Assembly: GCF_006345805.1 (NCBI RefSeq)
Contig: NC_043016.1
Span: 8,618,001-8,682,000 of the forward strand
Source: Octopus sinensis
Taxonomy: Eukaryota
Reading direction: 5' to 3'
Length of the DNA stretch: 64,000 nt
Positions 12,360-24,010 of the stretch are shown in pieces. Positions within the stretch are counted from its first letter, which is position 1. Each line of letters starts with the position of its first letter. Made by a program: the position numbers and the translations under genes. The notes below the pieces were generated by a model. The model saw only the letters and a program-made list of their open reading frames with translations. It was not told the DNA's origin and did no database searches.

Positions 12360-12743
12360 ACTCTTTACTCTTTTACTTGTTTCAGTCATTTGACTGCGGC
12401 CATGCTGGAGCACCGCCTTTAGTCGAGCAAATCGATCCCGGGACTTATTCTTTGTAAGCCCAGTATTTATCCCATCGGTCTCTTTTGCCGAACCGCTAAG
12501 TGACGGGGACGTAAACACACCAACATCGGTTGTCAAGCAATGCTAGGGGGACAAACACACACACAAACACACACACATACATATATACGACAGGCTTCTT
12601 TCAGTTTCCGTCTACCAAATCCACTCACAAGGCATTGGTCGGCCTAGGGCTATAGCAGAAGACACTTGCCCAAGATGCCACGCAGTGGGACTGAACCCGG
12701 AACCATGTGGTTGGTTAGCAAGCTACTTACCACACAGCCACTA
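12360..12743 (-). mobile_element. SINE-A, near full length
   Basis: Full match to the family A structure: head, internal microsatellite, CAGTC-AAAT-GACTG hairpin and GTAAAAGA tail. Confidence 0.88.
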
Positions 12744-13444
12744 CTTAATAGAAAGAAAAAAAAGTAAGAAAAATCCGATTTCATGAAAAGGGAGACAGCA
12801 TGCATTGGAAGTGGGATCAAAATTATACAACCTAAATAACATAAATTAGGTTTTAAATCCAGATGAATCCTCCCAACCATTTAAAGGTTTACAGTAGCCT
12901 GAGATATTTCTTTTTAATGGAACAAATTGAGACAAATTTCAAAAAATTAACTGCAGTTTTCTAAGTTTCCTGAAGAATTCCAAGAAACTTTTTTGTGCCA
13001 TTTGAAAAGACTAGTAACCCCTAAGGCATCAATAAAGCTGTTTGTAACAGGCTGAGGAGATCCAATAAGATTGAAACATAGCCATTACTTCCACCAGTCT
13101 GCTCTCATGACTATCTTCTACCATTTACATCAAGTTTTTATTTCCCTAAAATTTTTGATTAATTGATTTTATTGTGGTTATCTTCTCTGCAATTTTCTTT
13201 TTTTGAATTTTTAAAAGACCCTTAATATTTTTCTTTATTTTTTTTTTTATTAATTTCACGAATAATCCTAGTTAATAGTAACCTTTCACCAAAGAAGAAA
13301 GAAGCAGAAGAAAGAGAAAGAAAACAAAAATGATAACAACAATAAAAAAAAAACAAAGAAAACGATGGCAACAAAGAAGGATGACAACGAAGAATGAAGG
13401 AGGACAGGGAGAAGAATGAGTAGAAAAAAGCTAGCTGTCAGAAA

Positions 13445-13452
13445 AGCAGACA

Positions 13453-13535
<83 letters not shown>
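13445..13535. repeat. (AAT)n microsatellite; another (ATT)n at about 15822-15885
   Basis: Directly visible. Confidence 0.95.
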
Positions 13536-13536
<1 letters not shown>

Positions 13537-13969
13537 GAACAGTAAATATATTATTACATGAAGAACAAGTTTTAGCAACTTACAGAATAAATCAAAGCCA
13601 AATAGAAAAATAAACAAAAAAAAAAAGAAAATACAAACAAAACGGGTTTGGATAATTTAAATTCGGTAAACATAACTTAGAACTGGTTCCTTGCATTGGC
13701 TGTAATTTGTAATAGTTTGCTCTTGTGAGTAATTTTAATATGGACCGTTTACAGTTACAAGAATAATTTTGGTAACATGGCAAAACAAACTTCGCCTTTG
13801 ATTTCCGAATGAAAATAATCTGGATACAATAGAGGTGAATGTTATCTTGCACAGTTGTTGCTGTTATTTAGCCCCAGGTAACTCAGATCCAGTGAACCTA
13901 TACTCAAAAGGGAGTTCCATCTGTTACCATCCTATCTTTTATTCAAAGAATGATTCTATCTTGCTTTTT

Positions 13970-14191
13970 ATCTTTTACTTATTTCAATCATTGGACCTGT
14001 GGCCATGTTGGGGCACACCCTTGAAGGGTTTTAGTTAAGCAAATCTACCCCAGTACTTTCTTTTCTTTTTTTTTTTCTTTTTTTTTGTATCAATCTCCTT
14101 TGCCAAGCCATTTAGAGACGGGAATGTAAACAAACCAACACCAATTATCAAGCAGTGGGATACAGACACAAACACAAAGACACATATACAC

Positions 14192-14231
<40 letters not shown>

Positions 14232-14680
14232 TGTGTGTGTGTGTGTGCATGCGTGTGTGTGTACAGACAGACAGATACACACACACATATATGATGGACT
14301 TCTTTCAGTTCCTATTTCTTTACTACCCACAAGGGGCTAAACACAGAGGGGACAAACAAGGACAGACAAACGGATTATGTCGATTACATCGACCCCAGTG
14401 TGTAACTGGTACTTAATTTATCGACCCTGAAAGGATGAAAGGCAAAGTCGACCTCGACCGAATTTGAACTCAGAACGTAGCGGCAGACAAAATACTGCTA
14501 AGCATTTCGCCCGGCGTGCTAATGTTTCTGCCAGCTCAGTTCCTGCCTACCAAATCCTCTTACAAGGCTTTGGTCAGCCTTTGACTAGACACTTACCTGA
14601 GGTGTTACTCAGAGGGACTGAACCCAAAACCATGTGGCTGGGAAGCAAACCTCTTACCAAACAGCCAGGCTCACACCTAT
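13970..14680 (-). mobile_element. Decayed SINE-A with a nested SINE-B (14314-14535, TSD tcagttcct)
   Basis: TSD at 14305-14313 and 14536-14544; family A sequence continues on both sides. Confidence 0.8.
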
Positions 14681-15821
14681 ATCTAGCACTATAATTATTC
14701 ATTATATCTATCCTTGGGTATTGTTTAGCCTGGGGTAAACCCTGATCCAATAAACCCCATGGTGCAAACCGTTCCTTGTCATGACATCACGTCTTTGTTT
14801 GTCCTCATCCCAGTTAATCTACCAAAATCTTACTATCTTGAGATTGAAGATGATAAGATGTAACTTGAAGCACATTTCTCAGCTATTTTGATATTTCCAG
14901 CAGAGCAGCTTTAATAAGCTCTTGCAATTCACCTCATTCCTTGCTGACATGTCGTTTTTTTGAAGGTTGCTAAAATAAATATTAGCGAGATATTTAGGTC
15001 AGTTTAGGTCAGCTTGAACTCTTCCTCTATATGGAAAAGAATTACTTTGTAGACACAAATGAAACAAGATATTTTTTGTTTTTATTGGTTTTTTTAACCA
15101 TTTGGTGAGAGAGAGAGAGAGAGAGAAGAGGACAGTTTTCCATGACCTTTTTTTCAGAGTCTCCAAGTTGAGTGGAGGAAGGGAGAAAGTTACCCTCAGA
15201 TCAGAGATCTGACCCAAGAATTGCTGTATTCTTCGATGGGTCTAACCGCTCAGCAGTTAAACTGGCCATATTCCAACCCAAAATATTATGCATGCTTTAT
15301 GTTGAAACCGACTAGATCTGTCCTCTACACCTTCCCTACAATGTCATTCTAAGCATAAACAATCGCATAATCAAAATCTCAAAGCTATGAAATAATGCAA
15401 GATTATAATTCAAAGCAATGTGAATAAAGAAGCATTACATTCGAAAAGGTAATCAAAAGCTAACAGATTAGACGTAAGGCTGCACAAGGGAGCTTCAGTA
15501 GGACTTCTTTTTTTTCTCCTGAGTCTTGCTTGAAGACATCCTCCACTGCCAGTTTTATACCTTTTCTCTGCTAGAGAGCTACATAGCCAGGCAACTAACA
15601 TTGGAGTTGTTTCCCCCAGCTTGTGTTCTTGTTAGCATATTTTTTTTCTTTTCTTTTTTTTCTTTTACTTGTTTCAGTCATTTGGAGTGAAATGAATTGT
15701 CTTGCTCAACTCAAATGGAAGTGGAGTCAATAAAACAAGTACCAATCGAGTACTGGGTCACTGTAACCAACTAGCCCCTCTCAACAAAATTTCAGGCCTT
15801 GTGCCTATAGTAGAAAGAATG

Positions 15822-15886
<65 letters not shown>

Positions 15887-16564
15887 GGCAGCAAACTGGC
15901 AGAAACATTAGCACGTTGGTGAAGATACTTAGTGGTATTTCATCTGTTGTCATCTTCTGAGTTCAAATTCCACTAAGGTTGGCTTTGCCTTTCAACATTT
16001 TTGGGTTCAATGAAAAAAGTAGCAGTCGGGCACTAGGGTCAATGTAATTGATAAACTCCTTTCCCTAAAATTTCAAGCCTTGTGTTAGAGTAGAAAGGAT
16101 TATCATCATCATCATTCTCATCTTCATCATAATATTTTAACACCTGTTAAATTTGGTGAATAACTAGAGGAGATTTATTATTATGAAATAATAATTCAGT
16201 TCTCCATGGTTCCAAATCCAGAAAAGAGAGGCAGCCAAATCATCATAACATTAATTCTTCTGTTATTATATTTCTGTTAAAATATTTGCCTTAATTTTGA
16301 AAATTACGAAGATTTAATTAGACAACAAAATATCAAGCTGATGTTTGAGACATCATAAATTAGCATGAAATTTTGATGATTCAATCCCAATTAAGACTTT
16401 CCAACATGAAATTTTGACGGAAGGCTTTAATTTGGTTCACTTTAAAATAGGAAATGTGTATCACCGAGCCAAATGTAGTTTTGAGTGAGCTGTATTTAAA
16501 TGAGGTAACGGAACAAAGTGAATAAATGGTAAACAAATTTAGGTCAATTAAGTTCTTTTATCTC

Positions 16565-16960
16565 CTATCTTGTTTCAGTCATTAGACTGTGGCCATGCTG
16601 GGGCACTGCCTCAAAGAATTTTAGTAAAATGAATTGACCCTGGCATTTCTTTCTTTTTTGAAGCCTGGTACTTATTCTGTTAGTCACTTTGCTGAACTGC
16701 TAAGTTACAGGGATGTAACTACACCAACACCAATTTTTAAGTGGTTTGGGAAGGGGACAAACATAGGCATAAACACACACATACACACACACACACACAT
16801 ATATATATACAACAGGCTTTTTCCAGTTTCTGTCTACCAAATTCACTCTGCAGGTTTTGATCGACACAAAGCTATAATAGAAGACACTTGTCTAAAGGTG
16901 TTACACAGTGACACTGTACCAAGTACTCTGCAACTTCTAACCACACAACCATGTCTGCAC
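16565..16960 (-). mobile_element. SINE-A (decayed)
   Basis: Family A tail and head in reverse complement. Confidence 0.7.
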
Positions 16961-16993
16961 CTACTATTCCATGTTTAAAAATAAACATGATCT

Positions 16994-17408
16994 TGTAGTG
17001 ATGCTACTTTTGGAAGTTTTCAGCGCGCATGCACAGAGTTGGATTACTTCTGGTAGGCCGCCGGAAGTTCCCTCATGTGCATGCACAGAGAACTGCAAAC
17101 TGAAAGCGTTCCTGCTAAATCTGCCTTTTTGAATCAGCAACCCTACCGAGTGGACGTGACCAACCTTCTCTCAGGGAAAACCCTACATATAGAGAAGCTC
17201 TCTTCTAAGTGGAAACGGAGATGGTAATTTTGGTTCACACAAATGAACATTTGTGAACGGTCTTGTGGACTTGGCTACCGGTTCGCCCTTAAGGAAAATA
17301 TATGTGTATATATTTTGTATTTGCGAAACCCGCAAAAAAATAAAGTCTTATTTATTGCTATTGAAGACAGTCGAATTTTGGTTCTCCCTTCGACAATTGT
17401 ATGTGACA
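16994..17408. mobile_element. CpG-rich solo-LTR-like segment with NRF1-like and ETS-like motifs
   Basis: Begins TGT, ends ACA, AATAAA about 65 bp from the end; gcgcgcatgcac, acttctgg...ccggaagt. No clean TSD. Confidence 0.3.
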
Positions 17409-17806
17409 AGATAAGACAGACACCCCTCAAGTGTTCCTGAGACATTCATCCTGTTACAATCTTGTATCAAAATGACTCAGCATTATTATTGGACAGAGTG
17501 AGAGGCTGAGTTTGAAAGAAACAGAGAGAATAAGAATAAAAAGCCATCACCATCACATATTCTGTTGGATGGTGACAGGGAAACAGTTTTGTTTTCCCTC
17601 TCTTTAGCATGTAAACTAAAGTGTCATTAACTCTACTTTAAGGACCTAATGCTTACCTTTAATTTTATGGCAATAAGCAGATGGAATAAGTTGAAAAGGA
17701 AAAAAAAAAAAAAGAAATATGAAAAAGGTGAAAATATATACAAAAAAACTACCTGAAAACTAAACAAAAAAATTAAGCCAAAACAATATGTGATATATTT
17801 TTTTAC

Positions 17807-17919
17807 CTCATCACTTTCTGTTTGATCAACGTTGCCATTCCTATCATCATCAATCAAATCATGTAGTGTCTTGATAGCATTGAAGTTTTCCTTGTCTTTT
17901 AAACAGGATGGATTGTGAT
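17807..17919 (-). CDS. STIM: Internal coding exon of STIM (stromal interaction molecule), canonical EF-hand
   Basis: Translates (D)HNPSCLKDKENFNAIKTLHDLIDDDRNGNVDQTESDE, matching human STIM1 KPLC...[26 protein letters not shown]. The 12-residue EF loop is DDDRNGNVDQTE. Acceptor ttcttctctccttgcag (AG at 17921-17920), donor GAG|gtaaaa (GT at 17806-17805); phase 1 in, phase 0 out. No other STIM exon was found in the window. Confidence 0.92.
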
Positions 17920-18274
17920 CTGCAAGGAGAGAAGAATAAACATCAATAAATGTCACCTACTTTTGAAACATTAATGGTTGGTTGGTTGGGTTGGGTTGGG
18001 TTGGGTGAGGTTTAGAATAGGTTGCTCTGCATTAGAGGATATCTGCAAAGTCATGTGCCCTGGGGTCAATTTGTTCAACTAAATGCGGTGCTCCAGCATA
18101 GTCACAGTCAAATGATTGAAACAAATAGAAGAAGAATATGGTACAAAGAAGCTGAGAAATAAAATGAGTATGAAAGGATTTAGTTGTTAGGCATGGAGTA
18201 GATGAGAGAAAACTTCATTGGTGTAGATATGTGATGCATAAGGAAGATAACAGATGAATGCAAAAGTGCTTTAA

Positions 18275-18560
18275 AGGCATGTGGCCTAGTGGTTAGGGCA
18301 ATGCACTCATAATCGTAACATTGTGGTTTCAATTCTTGGACTGGGTAGTGACTTAGTCCTTGAGCAAAATACTTCATTTCATATTGCTCCAGTCCCCTCA
18401 GCTGTAAATGGATTCCAGCAATAACAGGGAAGTTAACCTTGCAATGGACTGGTGTCCCATCCAGGAAGGAGAGTTGTAATTTCGGTTATTCATGTGCCAT
18501 TGAAACTGGGTTGAGGCCTGGCTTTATGAATCCTCATGCTCGCTAAAAAGAAGTGCTAAC
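18275..18560 (+). mobile_element. SINE-C (tRNA-like head)
   Basis: ggcatgtggcctagtggttaggg...gtccttgagcaaaatacttcatttc...ctccagtcccctcagctg. Relatives at about 34262-34400(-), 34975-35248(-), 50642-51210(-, interrupted), 57570-57862(+) and 61127-61384(-). Confidence 0.75.
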
Positions 18561-18599
18561 ATCAAACGGAAGAGGAGAATGAAGACAGATTTGGACAAA

Positions 18600-18850
18600 A
18601 CTTACGAAAATTGATCCTCACAGAAATAGATGACAATGACAATGACCTGCAACAAATGAGGGGACGTAGTATTGGAAATGGCCTGATATAAAAGTATGAA
18701 TGGAGGGACGCAGAGAGGATAGAGATCTAGATATGCAGTAAAACCACTTAGAAGAGAAAGAAATCTCCCAGATGAGAGACATACAAACTTGTGGAGATCT
18801 CATTACAGGCAAATGTGAAGGAAAAAAGCCTTCTGATAGAAAACCACAAG
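18600..18850 (+). mobile_element. Highly decayed RTE-like LINE 3' fragment
   Basis: Reads ...DLITGKCEGKKPSDRKP, similar to the RTE motif IQGKIEGKRPRGRP. Confidence 0.35.
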
Positions 18851-19294
18851 TTGAATCATTTCCAATCATTTGTCCTTGAGTGTCACTGGATATTTAACTA
18901 TGGATACTTTTAAGAGTGGCATATTGACATACAAACATATGTCTCGGTAATTCAGTAATGAACAGATGTCCTGTTAATGAGACAGGGTGTCATTTGACAC
19001 GATAAAACAATAATCATGTATATGTGTGTACTTATGTGGTTTTAATTTTCATGCTTCTCACCAACATAAGCCTACCTACCAATCCCTAAACACACAAACC
19101 ACTAGCATTGAAATTTAAACATCAACTAGGTAATCACAGATACACACACATACATATATATATACTTACACACATATACATACATATACACACACACTTG
19201 TGTGTTTTGATTTATACATATTTACATCTATACTCATATACATTCGCATGTGTGCATGTATACATGTTTACATACCACTGGCTAAATCTCTGGA

Positions 19295-19610
19295 ATGTTT
19301 ATATATTGTAACAATTTCATTAATGCATCGTAATTGCAGTTTTCCAATTAGTTGTATCCTGACTGGTTGTGTGAAGCCCAGTTTCCTCTAAATTGGTACC
19401 AAGGTGACCGGTTATAAAACCAAATGCCCCAATAATCACAGGTGTAAATCTAAATTTATAGTCCCAGTGTTTTATCCGATTTCTCATTAGTTTGGCATAG
19501 ATGTTTGCTCTTCTTTTATGCTTAACATTACATTAACATCTGCCAGCAACTAATTCCTACAGCCATGCACATTCACTTTTATCTGTCCTACATCATAACA
19601 TCTGATCTTT
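19295..19610 (-). mobile_element. Remnant of an RLE-type (R4/NeSL/Hero-like) non-LTR retrotransposon C-terminus
   Basis: Frameshifted reading: DVMM.D...AVGISC.ADVNVMLSIKEE..NIYAKLMRNRIKHWDYKFRFTPVIIGAFG, matching the PD-(D/E)xK endonuclease tail signature 'P(V/I)(V/I)IGA(L/F)G'. Confidence 0.6.
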
Positions 19611-19706
19611 TGTATGTACTGTGTATGTGAATCGGGTATTGTATGTCTACGTGTATCTTTGATTGTATGAATCTGAGTGAATATGTAAGCATAACTCTTT
19701 ATATAA

Positions 19707-19740
<34 letters not shown>

Positions 19741-19747
<7 letters not shown>

Positions 19748-20399
19748 TCACCGTGATCGCCATGACCGACCAGGCTATCAGATGTTGCTACACATCGCTG
19801 GTCACAATGCGCTTCGCATTGTTGTAGCCTTCAAATGACACCACCCCGCTGGCTAGCGAGCAGGCACAACAGAGAAAGAATGAGAGAAAGTTGAGGCGAA
19901 AGAGTACACCAGGGATTCACCCACACCACCCACCTGTTGGAGCCTCGTGGAGCTTTTAGGTGTTTTTGCTCAATAAACACTCACAACAGCGGCTGGGAAT
20001 CGAGACCGCGATCATACAACCGCAAGTCTGCTGCCCTAACCACTGGGCCATTGCACCTCCACATATATATATATATAGGCATAGGAGTGGCTGGTGCTAA
20101 GTAGCTTGCTTACGAACACATGGTTCCGGGTTCAGTCTCACGTTTGGCACCTTCTACTATAGCTCGGCCGACCAAAGCCTGTGAGTGGATTTGGTGGACA
20201 GAAACTGAAAGAAGTCCATCGTATATATGTATATATATATATATATTTGATTTGAAAAACCCACTAGAATGGGAGAAAGCGCTAATAATTGAATAATATG
20301 ATCTGAATGATATGATATATATGTAAAAAATGTAATATATAAATAAATATCTATAAATATGAACCATTCGATCTTCTGATTACCTCATTTCTCCTAATA

Positions 20400-20448
<49 letters not shown>

Positions 20449-21113
20449 GAGAAATGAGGGTAATCAGAAGATAGAATGGTTCATATTTATAGATATTTAT
20501 TTATATATTACATTTTTTACATATATATATCATATCATTCAGATCATATTATTCAGATTATTAGCGCTTTCTCCCATTCTAGTGGGGTTTTCAAATCAAA
20601 TATATATATATATACATATATACGATGGACTTCTTTCAGTTTCTGTCCACCAAATCCACTCACAAGGCTTTGGTCGGCCCGAGGCTATAGTAGAAGGTGC
20701 CAAACAGTGAGACTGAACCCGGAACCATGTGGTTCGTAAGCAAGCTACTTAGCACACAGCCACTCCTATGCCTATATATATATATATATGTGGAGGTGCA
20801 ATGGCCCAGTGGTTAGGGCAGCAGACTTGCGGTTGTAGGATCGCGGTCTCGATTCCCAGGCCGGCTGTTGTGAGTGTTTATTGAGCAAAAACACCTAAAA
20901 GCTCCACGAGGCTCCAACAGGGTGGGTGGGTGGTGATCCCTGCTGTACTCTTTCGCCTCAACTTTCTCTCATTCTTTCTTCTGTTGGCCTGCTCGCTTAG
21001 CAGCGGGGTGGTGGTGTATTTGAAAGCTACAACAATGCAAAGCGCATTGTGACCAGCGATGTGTAGCAACATCTGATAGCCTGGTCGGTCACGGCGATCA
21101 CGGTGATATATGT
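19741..21113. repeat. Long inverted duplication: arms 19741-20400 and 20442-21113 around a (TA)n spacer
   Basis: The arms are reverse complements across a SINE-D copy, a SINE-A head and unique DNA. (TA)n lies at both outer ends and at the centre. Confidence 0.95.
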
Positions 21114-21123
21114 ATATATATTA

Positions 21124-21163
<40 letters not shown>

Positions 21164-21399
21164 TATATATGTTTGTATGTCAGTGTTGTTTCCCAACATC
21201 GCTGACAACTGATGCTGGGTGGTTACATCCCCGTAATGCAGTGGTTCGGCAAAAGAGACCGATAGAAAAGTACTGGGCTTACAAAGAATAAGTTGGAGTT
21301 ATACTCCCTAATATTATTCATTATCATTATTATATTATATATATATATATATAATATATATATATATTATATATATATATAGTGAGGAGTGAGCATGTG

Positions 21400-21512
21400 T
21401 GAGAGAGAGAGAGAGAGTATATGTGTGATTGCATGTGAGTCTGTGTACATGTAAGAGTGTATACGTGGTGGGAGTGTGTGTAGTGTGTGAAAATGTGTGC
21501 GTGTGTATGTGA

Positions 21513-21561
<49 letters not shown>

Positions 21562-21700
21562 TATGTGTGTGACTGCATGTGAGTATATATGAGTGAGAGC
21601 ATGTGTGTGATTGCATGTATGTGAAAGTGAGCATGTGACCATGTGAGGACGTGTGAGTGAGTGAGTTTGTGAGGGGGCATGCATGCTTGCATGTGTGTTA
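21400..21700. repeat. Compound (GT)/(GA)/(GCAT) low-complexity tract
   Basis: Directly visible; explains the His/Thr-rich ORFs. Confidence 0.9.
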
Positions 21701-22060
21701 CATACAAACACACAGGAAAAGTAAGACTGCATGTCGAACAGATATCGTATAAACCATAAATAAACTGGAAGCAAACTGGAAAACAGTTTATGATGTAACA
21801 ACCAGGAGTGGATTTAATGGAAATGCTAATGTTTTCACAAAGAAACAATAAAAAAAAAAACCACACACGCACACGCACAAAGATGCAATATATGATTCCA
21901 TTGTAAGGCACAGTGGCTCCATTCAATGAAGCATAAATCAATAATTTGCACCAATCATTTCCATATAACAAGAAACAGTGAAAATACAGGACTGAAATGT
22001 TGACAACGAAGAAGTGACAAAAATACAAGAATCGTATATACAGTGTCATTTACTATTATT

Positions 22061-22466
22061 TATTTCTTTATTGCCCACAAGGGGCCAAACACAGAGAGGA
22101 CAAACAGGGACAGACAAACGGATTAAGTCGCTTACATCGACCCCAGTGTGTAACTGGTACTTAATTTATCGACCCCGAAAGGATGAAAGGCAAAGTCGAC
22201 CTCAGCAGAATTTGAACTCAGAACGTAACGGCAGACGAAATACCTATTTCTTTACTACCCAAAAGGGGCTAAACACAGAAGGGACAAACAAGAACAGACA
22301 AACGGATTAAGTCACTTACATCGACCCCAGTGTGTAACTGGTACTTAATTTATCGACCCCGAAAGTATGAAAGGCAAAGTCGACCTCGGCAGAATTTGAG
22401 CTCAGAACGTAACGGCAGACGAAGTACCACTAAGCATTTCACCTGGCGTACTAACGTTTCTGCCAG
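22061..22466 (-). mobile_element. SINE-B dimer, single 11-bp TSD ttactattatt
   Basis: TSD at 22050-22060 and 22467-22477; internal junction at about 22243. Confidence 0.88.
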
Positions 22467-22555
22467 TTACTATTATTGTTATAGTATAGGGCTGAAAACA
22501 GAGATAGTTGTTGTTATAGTACAGGGCTAACAATTAAAATAGTTAATCATAGATG

Positions 22556-23010
22556 CAAGCATGACTGTGTGATAAGAAGCTTGCTTCCCAACCACATGGT
22601 TCTGGGTTCGGTACCACTGCATGGCACTTTGAGCAAGTGTCTTCTATTACAGCCACAGTCCAACCAAAAGCCTTGTGAGTGGATTTGGTAGAAAGAAGCC
22701 CATTGAGCATGTGTGTGTGTGGGGGGGAGTATATCCCCTTACTGCCACTTGACAACCGATGTTGGCGTGTTTATATCTCTGTAACTTAACAGTTCAGCAA
22801 AAGAGACTGATTGAATAACTACAGGCTTTAAAAACAAAAAAAGCAGAGGCGTAGGAGTGGCTGTGTGGTAAGTAGCTTGCTTACGAACAACATGGTTCTG
22901 GGTTCAGTTCCACTGCGTGGCACTTTGGGCAAGTGTCTTCTACTATAACCTCGGGCCGACTAAAGCATTGTGAGTGGATTTGGTAGATGGAAACTGAAAG
23001 AAGCCTGTCG

Positions 23011-23045
<35 letters not shown>

Positions 23046-23234
23046 TTGCGTGTCTGTGTTTGTACCCCCAACATCGCTTGACGACCAATGCTTGTGTGTT
23101 TATGTCCTCGTAACTTAGCGGTTCAGCAAAAGGGACCGATAGAATAAGTCCTGGGGTCGATTTGCTCGACTAAAGGCGGTGCTCCAGCATGGCCACAGTC
23201 AAAATGACTGAAACATGTAAAAGAGTAATAGAGT
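22556..23234 (+). mobile_element. Two consecutive SINE-A copies (decayed 22556-22830; young 22848-23234)
   Basis: Family A head twice; the second copy has the full tail. Confidence 0.85.
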
Positions 23235-23864
23235 AAAAAAAGAGAGGGTTGATTCATTTAGCTAAAATTCTTCAAGTTGTGCCCCAGCATGGTTACAGTC
23301 TAATGACTAAAACAAATAAAACCAAAATATGAAATAATTTGTCGTAATGTAAGCCTCACCAGAAGACTATGCTGTTGAAGCGTAAAGATGAACTAAGAGT
23401 GAGTTATAACAATTTAGGATTGACTTACAGAATTCATGATTTAAGTGGGCCCAGTTTTCTTAGAGTGTTAGGAAACAATGGGCCAAAGCAATTGCTTATC
23501 TGGAGTTCTTCATCTGAAATTTTTCCTGCCGTCTACTCACCCTGCAATGAATTTCTGCTTACTAGGGTAAACTATGAAAATGCAAGAACTGTATAGGGAA
23601 AACATTGAAAAAAAACCCAAAAAAAACTGAATATGACCATGGAAAATTTAAGACTTTCTCTTTTAATGACAGAGGAGGAAGAGTAGCATCCCAAGTGCTC
23701 TTTTTTTTTTTTTTTTAGGGTATCTCTGACTGGTGTAGGAAGAAAAGAAGCTGATGCAAAACCTGATCTAAGTGCTTGCAATAGAGTGCATTCCACTAAA
23801 GGCATTCATGGGCCAGATAGTGGTGGTAAACTGAATGACTAAATCAAGTCTACCACTGTAAGGC

Positions 23865-24010
23865 TTGACTACAGAAAATATTAATTTATGTAGGGCTGAC
23901 TATGGAAAATGTTAGGCAGCTGAGGCGACCATGGAACATGTTATAGTGTTGGGGTGACTATGGAAAGCATAATAGAGCTAGAGTGACTATGAAAAATGTT
24001 ATAAATTGTG
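23865..24010. repeat. Degenerate 29-bp minisatellite (about 5 units)
   Basis: The GAC(T/C)ATG core starts at 23898, 23927, 23956 and 23985, with a looser unit at 23867. Confidence 0.75.

Noticed and set aside
17633-17806. Read-through of the STIM exon ORF into a Phe-rich 'transmembrane' tail
   Set aside because: This is T-rich intron sequence after a canonical donor at the conserved boundary; there is no evidence for intron retention.
21330-22049. 239-aa minus-strand ORF
   Set aside because: Half of it is translated CA/GA microsatellite; there is no recognisable domain.
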